This document shows, one piece after another, positions 49,278 to 59,172 of a stretch of 64,000 nucleotides of DNA. This DNA comes from an uncultured Gammaproteobacteria bacterium (lineage in GTDB: Bacteria > Patescibacteriota > Microgenomatia > JALYQM01). The first letter of the stretch is position 1, and the number at the start of each line of letters is the position of its first letter. The position numbers and the translations under genes are program-made. Below the pieces are notes generated by a model. It was not told the origin of the DNA. It saw only the letters and a program-made list of their open reading frames with translations, and made no database searches. The DNA lies in assembly GCA_964525495.1 (NCBI GenBank), contig CAZGHS010000003.1, positions 52,022-116,021 on the forward strand. The letters are read 5' to 3'.

Positions 49278-51986
49278 ATGGATACTTCGAAAAAAGACGA
49301 CGCACATTTAGATATTGGTAAAGTACAATCGGTTTCGATTGTAGATGAAATGCAAAAATCCTACCTGGACTATGCAATGTCGGTTATCGTTTCTCGTGCG
49401 TTACCGGATGTTCGTGATGGGCTTAAGCCTGTACAGCGACGTATAATTTACGCGATGTTTAAGACGGGATTAATACATGCTCATCGCTACGAAAAATCTG
49501 CGGCCACGATCGGTGAAGTGCTTAAGAATTATCATCCCCATGGTGATATCCCTGTGTATGATGCTTTGGTGCGTATGGCGCAGGACTTTACAATGCGTTA
49601 TCCACTTATTGATGGACAAGGTAACTTTGGGTCTATCGATGGTGACTCGGCAGCAGCTTATCGTTATACAGAAGCTCGTTTGGAAGTAATAACTGAAGAG
49701 ATTTTGCGCGATATAGAAAAAGAAACTGTACCATTTTTGCCAAACTATTCCGGTACGATGGATGAACCAACAGTACTCCCTAGTATACTGCCAAATCTTT
49801 TACTTAACGGCGCTTCGGGTATTGCGGTCGGTATGGCAACGAATATCCCTCCACATAACTTGGGCGAAATAGTTGATGCTGTTTTGTATGTCTTGGAAAA
49901 CTTGAGTAAAAAAGCTCATAAAAAGAAGACTGTTGACGTTGCAGATACAAAATCTGATACAAAGGCAGAAACAGGCGAAATAGTTGATGCTGCATTTGCA
50001 GATAAGACAGTTGAGGAAGCAGTTGATGATTTTGCAGAGTTTCAATTTGAATCGGATGTAACTGTTGACGACCTTATGCAGTTTATTCAAGGTCCTGATT
50101 TTCCAACCGCTGGCTACATTTATGATCGAGCAGAAATTGCAAATGCATATATTACAGGCCAAGGCAGAGTAGTTATGCGAGCTAAAGCTGAAATTGAAGA
50201 GCTAAAGGGTGGAAAATTTGCAATCATTGTAACTGAGCTTCCATATCAAGTAAATAAAGCTACATTAATCGCACGAATTGCTGAACTTCATAAAGATAAA
50301 AAGATTGAAGGTATTAGCGTTTTGCAAGATGAGTCTGATCGAGACGGCATCCGTGTTTATATTGAGTTAAAGCGCGACGCAAATCCTCAATCTGTTTTAA
50401 ATAACTTATTTAAGCTGACTGCTTTGCAAACTACCTTTAACGTAAATATGGTTGCACTTACAGACGCAGGTGTTCCTCGTCTTATGACTCTTAAGACAAT
50501 TTTAGAGTCATTTATTAAGCATCGATTTGTAGTTATTACAAAGAGAACTGAGTTTGAGTTAGAAGAAGCTCGTGCTCGTGCACATATATTGGAAGGTTTG
50601 CTTATTGCAGTAGACCATATTGATGAAGTTATTAAGGTAATTCGTCAAAGCGCTGATGCTGAGGAAGCTAGAACACGTTTGATGGAACGCTTTAAACTGT
50701 CTGAAATACAGGCAACTGCGATACTGGATATGCAATTGCGTAAGTTAGCGGCTCTAGAGCGTAAAAAACTGGAAGACGAGTATGCTGTGTTGAAGGAAAC
50801 AATTGAATATCTAATGGATCTGTTGGCAAATCCAATAAAGATTTTAGTTGTTATCAAACAAGAACTTAAGAAGTTGCGAGAAAAATACGCTGATGAGAGA
50901 CGGACAAAAGTTTACAAATCAAAAATTGGTGAATTTTCTGAAGAGGATTTAGTCCCAAATGAAGCCACAATCGTTACTGTTACTCAATCAGGATACATTA
51001 AGCGCCAAGGGCTTAATGCCTTTCGCACCCAGAGTCGCGGTGGACGTGGTGTCAGTGGAATAACTACGAAAGAAGAGGATGTGGTTTCACATATTTTCGT
51101 CTGTAATACTCATGACAATATTTTGTTCTTTAGTAACAAGGGTAAAGTATTCCAGATTCGTGTGTTCGAAATTCCAGAGTCGAGCCGGGTAGCTAAGGGG
51201 CAGGCATTGGTAAATCTTATAAATATTGAGCAAGGAGAACATGTTACGGCTATTTTGACTGCAGCTTCTCATTCTCAAGGCAAGGGTAAGGTTACCATTC
51301 AGATTGGTGAAGGTGAGACTCCTATAAATGCTGGTGAGGATCAAACTGAGACAATAGTTCAAAATGCGGCAAATACGCGGGAAACTAAGTTTCTCGTAAT
51401 GGGAACACGCCAAGGCACTATTAAAAAGACTGCAATTACGGAATTTTCTAATATCCGCAAATCTGGTTTGATCGCTATTAAATTGAACTCTGGAGATGAA
51501 TTGCGATTTGTGAAACCAAGCACGGGAAGCGATAATTTAATTTTGGTCACATCACAAGGTAATTCTATAAACTTTAAAGAAGGTGAAGTAAGGGAAACTG
51601 CTCGTGATACTGCAGGCGTGCGCGGAATTAAACTTAAGGAAAGTGATTCATTAGTCGGTATGATCGTATACGATAAGCCTGACATGAAGGTTCTGACTGT
51701 CATGGAGCGAGGTTTAGGCAAAATGACGCCTATTAGCGACTGGCCTTCACAGGCTCGTGGCGGACAAGGTGTAAAAGCTGCGAACATTACTGACAAAACA
51801 GGTAAAATTGTTGCCTCGTTGCTCGTACGCTCAGGGCACGAGGGCGTTGTATTAACTTCGCTCAAAGGTGTTATTATCAAGCTTCATCTAAAGGAAATCC
51901 CTACACTGGGACGACAAACACAAGGCGTGATCTTGATGCGCATTTCAGCCACTGGTGATAGTGTTGCAGGCGCAACTGTATTGTAG
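49278..51986 (+). CDS. gyrA: DNA gyrase subunit A
   Basis: [18 protein letters not shown], GyrA-box QSRGGRG, beta-pinwheel repeats; start 49263 or 49278. Confidence 0.97.
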   Translation: MDTSKKDDAHLDIGKVQSVSIVDEMQKSYLDYAMSVIVSRALPDVRDGLKPVQRRIIYAMFKTGLIHAHRYEKSAATIGEVLKNYHPHGDIPVYDALVRMAQDFTMRYPLIDGQGNFGSIDGDSAAAYRYTEARLEVITEEILRDIEKETVPFLPNYSGTMDEPTVLPSILPNLLLNGASGIAVGMATNIPPHNLGEIVDAVLYVLENLSKKAHKKKTVDVADTKSDTKAETGEIVDAAFADKTVEEAVDDFAEFQFESDVTVDDLMQFIQGPDFPTAGYIYDRAEIANAYITGQGRVVMRAKAEIEELKGGKFAIIVTELPYQVNKATLIARIAELHKDKKIEGISVLQDESDRDGIRVYIELKRDANPQSVLNNLFKLTALQTTFNVNMVALTDAGVPRLMTLKTILESFIKHRFVVITKRTEFELEEARARAHILEGLLIAVDHIDEVIKVIRQSADAEEARTRLMERFKLSEIQATAILDMQLRKLAALERKKLEDEYAVLKETIEYLMDLLANPIKILVVIKQELKKLREKYADERRTKVYKSKIGEFSEEDLVPNEATIVTVTQSGYIKRQGLNAFRTQSRGGRGVSGITTKEEDVVSHIFVCNTHDNILFFSNKGKVFQIRVFEIPESSRVAKGQALVNLINIEQGEHVTAILTAASHSQGKGKVTIQIGEGETPINAGEDQTETIVQNAANTRETKFLVMGTRQGTIKKTAITEFSNIRKSGLIAIKLNSGDELRFVKPSTGSDNLILVTSQGNSINFKEGEVRETARDTAGVRGIKLKESDSLVGMIVYDKPDMKVLTVMERGLGKMTPISDWPSQARGGQGVKAANITDKTGKIVASLLVRSGHEGVVLTSLKGVIIKLHLKEIPTLGRQTQGVILMRISATGDSVAGATVL

Positions 51987-52016
51987 GTTGTGTAGTACAT
52001 ACGTTACTATACTTGT

Positions 52017-52610
52017 ATGCGTAAAGTTCGCTGGCCCAAAAATGGTTTTACCTATCCTGAGATGCTCGTAGTAGTTATCATTTTTATTTTGATTTTCTTG
52101 ACTGTATATCCCATGTATAAGCGGTACAATGCGATTACGGAGCTACGTAATACATCTCAAGCTATTCGTGATCAATTGCGCATCGCTCAAAATAAAGCTT
52201 CAAGTGGTGTAACAGCAAGCAATGGACTTGTTTCGCATTGGGTGGTGCATCTTCATCGTGATGGGCTGGAATATGAATATGAAACAGGTGCCTGTCCCGT
52301 TGTTACTGATACCGCTGCTGCTGGTTACAGTAGTCGTTATAGCTTTATGACATGTCCTGATCGTGACGACTATGTCTTGTATGATTTCCCAGAAAGATTT
52401 TCGATCTCTCATCAATATGCAACTGAGAATGAAGTAAATATATTTTTCTCGGCAATTAATGGATCCGTTAAAATATATAGTCAAAACGGAACATTGTTAG
52501 GTGATACTGTTGATATTCATATAAATTCGGACGAGTATGAAGATATGTACGTCGTATTGCGGGTTAATGGATCGGGAAATATTTTTGAAGAACGTCTTCA
52601 AAGTAACTAA
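52017..52610 (+). CDS. FimT/FimU-like minor pilin
   Basis: NG|FTYPEMLVV, LRIAQNKA, I.F....G, V.G.G.I. Confidence 0.75.
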   Translation: MRKVRWPKNGFTYPEMLVVVIIFILIFLTVYPMYKRYNAITELRNTSQAIRDQLRIAQNKASSGVTASNGLVSHWVVHLHRDGLEYEYETGACPVVTDTAAAGYSSRYSFMTCPDRDDYVLYDFPERFSISHQYATENEVNIFFSAINGSVKIYSQNGTLLGDTVDIHINSDEYEDMYVVLRVNGSGNIFEERLQSN

Positions 52611-53557
52611 TTGCTATCACTTTTTTCAATGACATTACTATGAAATGTTTGGTGTACCTCACGCAAATGCTTATTAGAAACGTTAGTGTAGATTTGTGTC
52701 GTGGTAATGGATTTATGTCCAAGCATTTCCTGTATTGATCGCAGATCAGCGCCGTTAATTAGGAGATCAGTTGCGAATGAGTGCCGTAAGACATGCGGAG
52801 TGGTTGGAATGTTAATTCGTGCACGCTTTGCATATTTCTGCACGATACGCTGGACTGTGCGCTGTGTGAGACGCATTTTTTCGCCGTTGTCTGTAGCATC
52901 GACACCTCGTGAGTAGCGTATGAATAGTGGCGCGAAACTATCAGTGCGGATACTTAGATATCTTTTTATCCAATACACCGCGTCTTCACTTAGGAATATG
53001 ATGCGCGCCTTTTTTCCTTTACCAATAATGGTATGCTCACGACGATCAAAATCGAGCTTATCCTTGTCCAGTTTTATAACTTCTGATACACGCAGTCCTG
53101 TACTGAATAGTGTTTCTAGAACGGCTTTGTCACGCAGACCGATTTCGTCTGTCAGATCGATGCTATTGAGTAGCTTATACATTTGGTCACGATCCAGTGC
53201 TAGGACCTCTTTGTGCTCGGCTTTGGGCAGTTCGATCTTGTCTGGAGCCATGGTCTTGATGTCGTTTCGAGCTAAATATTTAAGAAATGACCTAATTGCT
53301 ATCATGTGGTAGTTTTGAGTAATTCTTTGAAGAAATTCGCCCTTTTCGTCTGTGATATTGGCTAAATGAAGCCTAAAAAGCTTCATTGCATGAGTATCTA
53401 TCTTCGATGGAGTAGGGGGGATGCCTTCTGATTGAAGCCAGTTATTGAATCGATCTAAATAATGTCGATAATTGCGAACGGTGAGGGGAGAGCAACCTTT
53501 TTCTACCTGTAGGTAGGAGAGAAAGTCGTCAATATATTCATTGAGATTGAGCAGCAT
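52607..53557 (-). CDS. Xer-family tyrosine recombinase
   Basis: TGLRVSE, GKG.K.R, PHVLRHSFAT, MLGH, TTQIY. Confidence 0.95.
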   Translation of the reverse strand: MLLNLNEYIDDFLSYLQVEKGCSPLTVRNYRHYLDRFNNWLQSEGIPPTPSKIDTHAMKLFRLHLANITDEKGEFLQRITQNYHMIAIRSFLKYLARNDIKTMAPDKIELPKAEHKEVLALDRDQMYKLLNSIDLTDEIGLRDKAVLETLFSTGLRVSEVIKLDKDKLDFDRREHTIIGKGKKARIIFLSEDAVYWIKRYLSIRTDSFAPLFIRYSRGVDATDNGEKMRLTQRTVQRIVQKYAKRARINIPTTPHVLRHSFATDLLINGADLRSIQEMLGHKSITTTQIYTNVSNKHLREVHQTFHSNVIEKSDSN

Positions 53558-53921
53558 ATGAGATTTTTATATCACAATATTTACTCAATGTATATTCTAT
53601 ATTGTGCGACATAGGCGAGAGATGTCGAGATAGAGGCTATCTGTCAGAATGTGCTTTATTAGTAAGTGTTGCGTCGTTATATTTACTATCTTAGGAGGGT
53701 AATATGTAAGAGGAGATAGTGCTATTAATTGATTAGATAGAAATTGAGCCTAAATATATATAAATTTATAGATTTTTGATAACTTGTTATATTGTGTGCA
53801 ATGCAGCAGTTTTAACTATAACTGAGCTCATATTAGCCATATACTGGTGTGGCTTTTGAATGCCAAGCCTCTATAGAGCACTACAGAGCCTCCCTTTTAG
53901 CCTCAATCTGCGATATGCCTA

Positions 53922-53949
53922 ATGTCGTAAAAGATATATTGTGCGACAT
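53922..53949. other. Candidate dif site (11-6-11)
   Basis: ATGTCGTAAAA-GATATA-TTGTGCGACAT; arms 9/11 inverted; upstream of the xer gene. Confidence 0.6.
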
Positions 53950-53986
53950 GATATATCTATTAAAACAGCCCCTACTGCCCTGTTCT

Positions 53987-54778
53987 TTATCCCTGCCATG
54001 CTGTGGTAATTATCATAATAATAAATACGATGCATGCAACGATCGCGTATTCAACAATTGGTTTACGTGTAAGCTTCTTTTCGTAGAAATGCTGTAATAT
54101 TCCTAGAAGTACGTAATATACGGCTACCAGGAATAATGAGGTCATTGCCACTGATTGCGGATAGAAATGCATTAGTATGTTGATCTGGATGAATACTATG
54201 GAGATGACGGCTATATAGAGGCTTGTACGCCTCGAGAAGGCTGATATTAGATCAAAGGACCACAGGAACTGTAGTGTTAAAGGTGAAATGGTGAGTGTTA
54301 TTAAAATGCTTGAATATACAATATCCGCATGAAGTGAGACTATGTAGGACAACAAGAAATATGCGGTCAAAAGCGTGGCTATATACGAGACTGCATGAGC
54401 GGCCCTGAGTAATTGTATTGTTCGAATAGCAGCTACATTAAAAATGTTTTCAGTGAGTAGAATAATGTATGTTCCGATTGGAATAAGTGCGTATAAAGGG
54501 TACCGAAAGATTTTTCTTTCAGGCAATATTGATATAAACAAATTGCTGCCGACAATAAAGGTGATTGGCAATATAAACAATGTAAGGTATTCAATGCCGG
54601 TTATATTTTCCCAAAGTGCATAATACATAATGGCATATAGGACTATGATTATCCCAATTAGTCCGAGAGGTCCGTACTGCCATATGGTGGGAAAAAACCA
54701 CGATAATCCGAAAGTTGCGATGCTGGCGAGTATAAATCGTTGTCGCTTGGTAAGGGAAATAAGTTTTAATGATGCCAC
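53987..54778 (-). CDS. Multi-pass membrane protein of unknown function
   Basis: About 8-9 hydrophobic segments; GTG start. Confidence 0.8.
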   Translation of the reverse strand: MASLKLISLTKRQRFILASIATFGLSWFFPTIWQYGPLGLIGIIIVLYAIMYYALWENITGIEYLTLFILPITFIVGSNLFISILPERKIFRYPLYALIPIGTYIILLTENIFNVAAIRTIQLLRAAHAVSYIATLLTAYFLLSYIVSLHADIVYSSILITLTISPLTLQFLWSFDLISAFSRRTSLYIAVISIVFIQINILMHFYPQSVAMTSLFLVAVYYVLLGILQHFYEKKLTRKPIVEYAIVACIVFIIMIITTAWQG

Positions 54779-54804
54779 TTCCCTATTTTATCACAGATAA
54801 AATA

Positions 54805-54834
54805 TTGACAAAGGTGTAACTATGCTTGTACTAT
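54805..54834 (+). promoter_or_regulatory. Promoter TTGACA-N18-TACTAT (leaderless geometry)
   Basis: ATG lies 7 nt after the -10 box, with no SD. Confidence 0.7.
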
Positions 54835-54841
54835 TTCCATT

Positions 54842-55579
54842 ATGATTCAATCTGTCCTTGTGCAGAAAGCTATTCACGCAGCTTTACATTCAGAATGGCA
54901 AACCGCAATTGATCTTAATGAAAAGATCCTGGAACAATTTCCACAAGATTTGGATAGTTTAAATCGATTAGCGCGGGCTTGCTTTGAAACGGGTGATATT
55001 TCTCGTTGTAAGCAGATATATAAAGAGGTGCTCGAGATAGATCCTTATAACGTTATCGCGCAGAAGAATATGCGTCGATTTCAACTACTTAAAGGCAATG
55101 GTGATGAATTGTCTTTTTCTCTTGCCCAATCAGCTAAAAACTTAGCGTCTGCAGGATTTTCCAAGCCAATGACAAATTTTATTGAAGAGCCAGGTAAAAC
55201 CAAGGTTATTCAGTTAGTTCGTATCGCAGAGCCCCAAGTACTTTTTACACTTCATAGTGGTGATGTAGTGGTGTTAACTCCTAAGCAGCGAGGCGTTCAT
55301 ATTTTTACGGAATCTAATTTGTATATTGGTCGTATTCCTGATGATCTCGCATATCAGCTTCATTATTTAATGAAAAGTGGAAATAAATACGAGGGATACA
55401 TTAAGACTGTTCAAGCTAATGTAGTGTACGTCTTTGTCAGAGAGCTTTATAGAACTCCGGAATTTATTTCTCGGCCTACCTTTTCTTATATGGTTGAAAT
55501 ACCTGCGCAGGAAACATTATCAGAGCCTGAGAGCACCGAAACAAGTGAAGAAGAAATTAACCCTGACGAGCAGTCGTAG
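54842..55579 (+). CDS. TPR-containing protein
   Basis: W..AI..N..IL...P.D.D.LNRLA, LEIDPYN.IA, FIEEPGKTK. Confidence 0.8.
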   Translation: MIQSVLVQKAIHAALHSEWQTAIDLNEKILEQFPQDLDSLNRLARACFETGDISRCKQIYKEVLEIDPYNVIAQKNMRRFQLLKGNGDELSFSLAQSAKNLASAGFSKPMTNFIEEPGKTKVIQLVRIAEPQVLFTLHSGDVVVLTPKQRGVHIFTESNLYIGRIPDDLAYQLHYLMKSGNKYEGYIKTVQANVVYVFVRELYRTPEFISRPTFSYMVEIPAQETLSEPESTETSEEEINPDEQS

Positions 55580-56162
55580 TACTCTCCCCCTCTAAAGCGT
55601 TGTGAACAATGTTAGAGAAAAGCCTATTTTGAGTAGTTATATCTGGGGATAGTGTGTGAATTCGCTTATAAAAATTCTCCCACAGTAATTGATCGATACC
55701 GCTCAATACATATTCTGGTGGTCTTTTAAAGAGGATGCGTCTAGAGACATAGAAGACGTTCGTGTATTTGCTGCGTATGATGTACTGATACGCTAGAACG
55801 TTTTTACCTGTTAAATTAGTAACATTTTCTTCAATAATAAAATCAGATAGTATTTGTGGTTGCCAAATACTTGCGCTCATTGGATAGTAAAATACATAGA
55901 TAGGGTCTTTGGTTGTATACATTTTTTCAATTACAACATCGTAAGCAGGATTCTGCAGTAAGAAACCGAGCATTCTTTGAAACTCTTGTTCAAACCCTTG
56001 TAGCGTATCGATTATGATCGGTGCTGGTGGTACGTATGCTGGTTGTGTTTTAAGTTTTGGTGTCTCTATTTTCGAAAGGTCCGGAAGAAGCTCTTTCATG
56101 GATCGAAGTGTCAGAACGACACCTCCGATAATGATAATTACGATAAATATCCCAATAGCCAT
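55557..56162 (-). CDS. Membrane-anchored hypothetical protein
   Basis: N-terminal TM, 201 aa. Confidence 0.6.
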   Translation of the reverse strand: MAIGIFIVIIIIGGVVLTLRSMKELLPDLSKIETPKLKTQPAYVPPAPIIIDTLQGFEQEFQRMLGFLLQNPAYDVVIEKMYTTKDPIYVFYYPMSASIWQPQILSDFIIEENVTNLTGKNVLAYQYIIRSKYTNVFYVSRRILFKRPPEYVLSGIDQLLWENFYKRIHTLSPDITTQNRLFSNIVHNALEGESTTTARQG

Positions 56163-56198
56163 TCTATTATTATACTATAGGATATTATTAAGATCAAA

Positions 56199-57278
56199 CT
56201 ACAATGATGTATTGCCTTCAATCAGGCTCGCATAGGAGTTTCCAATAATTACAGTGATATCTGAAGTTGAGCTTTCTGGACTCACAAAGACTTCACAGTC
56301 AATCAGTGCGCGCTTTAGCTCAATTACTGTTGCTGAGTTTTCCCATTCCTTTTTGGAGATAATAATCTGTGTTTTCTCTGAAATCTCAGTGCGATTTCCT
56401 ACATCGATTACTACACCGCCCATGTTTGTTACGATACGAGCAAACTTTCCGCCAAGTCCAGTCACTTGAGTACTGTTTTCTATCTGAATATTGGCTTTCT
56501 CTTGCATTAATGCAATATTTTGAAAAGACTTTTTGATATATGCATCGAGCTTATTTTGATCTGATGTAACTACAGGACTGCCGTCCTTACTAATTTCTTT
56601 ACTACCGATCCCGTATTCTACAATATCGATATCTGTAGTCATTTCTGCGGGAATTCCTCGTAATACTTGCGCAAGATGTAACATGTTCCACGGGGACTGT
56701 GAAGTGATGAGGTTTTGTGTAGCCCAGTCTTTATCGAATGTTAGTTTAAACATGGTAAATGGTTGTGTTAGCCATGTACTAAATGGTGTTTCGCTTTCGC
56801 TATTTGTTTTTACAATGTAGATTGTTTTGGCTGGAACTCCGAAATATTCTGTAAGTGTTTGATTTATTAAACTATGTGTATCTTTTCCTTGTTCAAGATT
56901 TGCTATCTTGTAAAGAGAAGCTAATTTAAACTCATCAAAGCCATACGGAAGATGCATGATTGTTTCCGCTGGTAAATGAATGGTTTTGAGTGTTTGCTCG
57001 TGAGTGTCAACTATGGATAAAGATGCTTGTGTCACATAGTCTTGTTCGTCAAGTTGCAATGTGTAGAAACGAATTTGATCGGTTTCAGCATACACTCCGA
57101 ACTCTGATTCTTCAGAAGCGTATATGGAGATAGGCTCTAAAATATGCCTGGCAGTCCACGCACCATACCCCACCAAAGATATCGTGCTTATCAGTCCAAC
57201 GCAAATAAGCATCCGTGAGGCGCGTTTTTTAAATTGTTTGAGAGAGCCGTTTGACCGAGCTCTTTTTTTTTTAGCCAT
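56199..57278 (-). CDS. LCP-like protein with LytR C-terminal domain
   Basis: Basic N-terminus, TM, degenerate LCP, IENSTQVTGLG...DITVIIG. Confidence 0.75.
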   Translation of the reverse strand: MAKKKRARSNGSLKQFKKRASRMLICVGLISTISLVGYGAWTARHILEPISIYASEESEFGVYAETDQIRFYTLQLDEQDYVTQASLSIVDTHEQTLKTIHLPAETIMHLPYGFDEFKLASLYKIANLEQGKDTHSLINQTLTEYFGVPAKTIYIVKTNSESETPFSTWLTQPFTMFKLTFDKDWATQNLITSQSPWNMLHLAQVLRGIPAEMTTDIDIVEYGIGSKEISKDGSPVVTSDQNKLDAYIKKSFQNIALMQEKANIQIENSTQVTGLGGKFARIVTNMGGVVIDVGNRTEISEKTQIIISKKEWENSATVIELKRALIDCEVFVSPESSTSDITVIIGNSYASLIEGNTSL

Positions 57279-57416
57279 GGGCAGTAATAGCTTCTAAAGA
57301 ATAGTCCGTGTTATAGAGTTAGATGTATATAACGATAAGTAACTTTACTCATTTTTGTCAAATAAATTCGTATATTATTCGGTTTTTCTCTGTTACAATG
57401 TCTTAGGAGGATACAC

Positions 57417-58784
57417 ATGACTAAACTAATTCAATATGACTACTCTTTTATGCTATCTGACGTCGTCGGAGAGCATGGTGCGACAATGAATGATTTAGCA
57501 GGGCTTCAATCTCAGATGCTTGAGATGAGAACCTCACATTTTTCCAAAGAGTCTCCTCTGGGCTTTATGACGCTCCCCTTTGAAACCGAAACAGTGAATA
57601 CTGTAAAGCAATTAGCTGAAGAAGTTGCTGCGCGTTTTTCTACTTTAATAGTTTTAGGTATCGGGGGTTCTGACTTGGGTGCTCGAGCTACCATACAAGC
57701 TCTCCCCTCCTCTGGTATGACTGTTTTGTTCCTTGGTAGTAATACAGATCCAATCGAAATAGAACAGACTTTGAATGGAGTTTCATGGCCTGACACGGCA
57801 GTTAATGTAATTTCCAAATCTGGTGACACTATTGAAACAATGTCGACCTTTATCTATATTCGTGACCAATTAAAAAAAAGTGTCGGAGATAGTTTTAATG
57901 AGCATATTATTGCAGCGACTGATGCGTCGACAGGAACACTCCGCACTATTGCAGAAAGAGAAAAATATAGAACATTAGTTGTACCAGAAAATGTTGGTGG
58001 TCGGTTCTCTGTTCTTTCAACAGTAGGCCTTTTTCCTATCGCATGCGCAGGGGTAGATATTGTTGCCTTGCTGGAAGGATCTCGAGATCTTTGTCTTGAT
58101 CTTAATAACTTCGATAATACTAAGATGCACGGTGTTGAAATATTCTCTGCATTACATTTCTTGGGTTTTACACAAAAGAATCAGAACGTGCATGTCTTTA
58201 TTCCGTATGCCACTTCTTTGCGCAATGTCGGTTTTTGGTTTCGACAACTTTGGGCTGAAAGCCTCGGGAAACATATGACGGTTGATGGACAGACTGTGTA
58301 TACCGGTCCTACTCCTGTTGCTGCGCTTGGTGCAACTGATCAGCATTCACAATTTCAACTGTATTACTATGGACCGTTTGATAAGCTTATAACTTTTGTT
58401 GATGTTGAAGATTATGGAAGCGACTTAGAAGTCCCGGAAGGTTTTGAAGACATTGAAGGCATTTCCTATACCAAAGGTCTTCGCTTTGAAAAAATTCTTC
58501 GTTCAGAGCTGCAAGCATCTTCTCTTGCACTCGCTGAACGTAAGCGTCCCAATGGACGACTAATTTTGCCTGAAATATCTGCATATACCATTGGACAGTT
58601 ATTCCAATTTCTTGAGATTGCCACAGTATATGTTGGATTCTTACTGCGTATTAATCCCTTTGATCAACCTGGAGTTGAGCTTGGAAAGCAAAATATGTAT
58701 GCGATTTTGGGCAGAAAAGGGTTTGAAAAGCGGAACGAAGAGCTTCAACAACTAATGAAATTTTATGCTAAAAGAGTTGTTTGA
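57417..58784 (+). CDS. pgi: Glucose-6-phosphate isomerase
   Basis: GIGGSDLG, SKSG.T.ET, VGGRFSV, QLWAESLGK, DQHS, FDQPGVE.GK. Confidence 0.97.
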   Translation: MTKLIQYDYSFMLSDVVGEHGATMNDLAGLQSQMLEMRTSHFSKESPLGFMTLPFETETVNTVKQLAEEVAARFSTLIVLGIGGSDLGARATIQALPSSGMTVLFLGSNTDPIEIEQTLNGVSWPDTAVNVISKSGDTIETMSTFIYIRDQLKKSVGDSFNEHIIAATDASTGTLRTIAEREKYRTLVVPENVGGRFSVLSTVGLFPIACAGVDIVALLEGSRDLCLDLNNFDNTKMHGVEIFSALHFLGFTQKNQNVHVFIPYATSLRNVGFWFRQLWAESLGKHMTVDGQTVYTGPTPVAALGATDQHSQFQLYYYGPFDKLITFVDVEDYGSDLEVPEGFEDIEGISYTKGLRFEKILRSELQASSLALAERKRPNGRLILPEISAYTIGQLFQFLEIATVYVGFLLRINPFDQPGVELGKQNMYAILGRKGFEKRNEELQQLMKFYAKRVV

Positions 58785-58869
58785 TTACGCCTTTATAATG
58801 CATTAATCTGTGTGTTTTTAGCGCAGCTTTTTAATAGACAAAGATATGTGATTCTACTACCATTGTAGT

Positions 58870-59172
58870 ATGTCAGACCTGCCCAATACTCTTAACTTTC
58901 AGATGCTTGCTGATCGAATTCGCATTGCTCGTAAAGAAGCCACACTTTCTCAAATTGACCTTGCTCAGTTAGTGGGAGTTTCTGATAAGGCGATTAGCTC
59001 ATATGAAGTCGGTAGAGCTGTTCCCCCACTCGATATTCTTAAGAAAATAAGTGTCGTAACAAGTAAGCAAATGTCGTTCTTTTTTGAAGAAGATCCGGCC
59101 ACACGCGTAGTCTTACAAAAAGTTGATAAGATGATTGAAGAATTGAACAACATTAAAAAGATATTTAATTAG
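58870..59172 (+). CDS. XRE-family HTH transcriptional regulator
   Basis: IR.ARK...LSQ.DLA..VGVS...IS.YE.G...P. Confidence 0.9.
   Translation: MSDLPNTLNFQMLADRIRIARKEATLSQIDLAQLVGVSDKAISSYEVGRAVPPLDILKKISVVTSKQMSFFFEEDPATRVVLQKVDKMIEELNNIKKIFN

Noticed and set aside
53558-53986. tmRNA, RNase P RNA or oriC in the xer upstream spacer; ORF 53849-54097
   Set aside because: No tRNA-like ends, no GAGGAAAGUCC motif and no TTATCCACA DnaA boxes; the ORF crosses the dif-like site and overlaps a real gene
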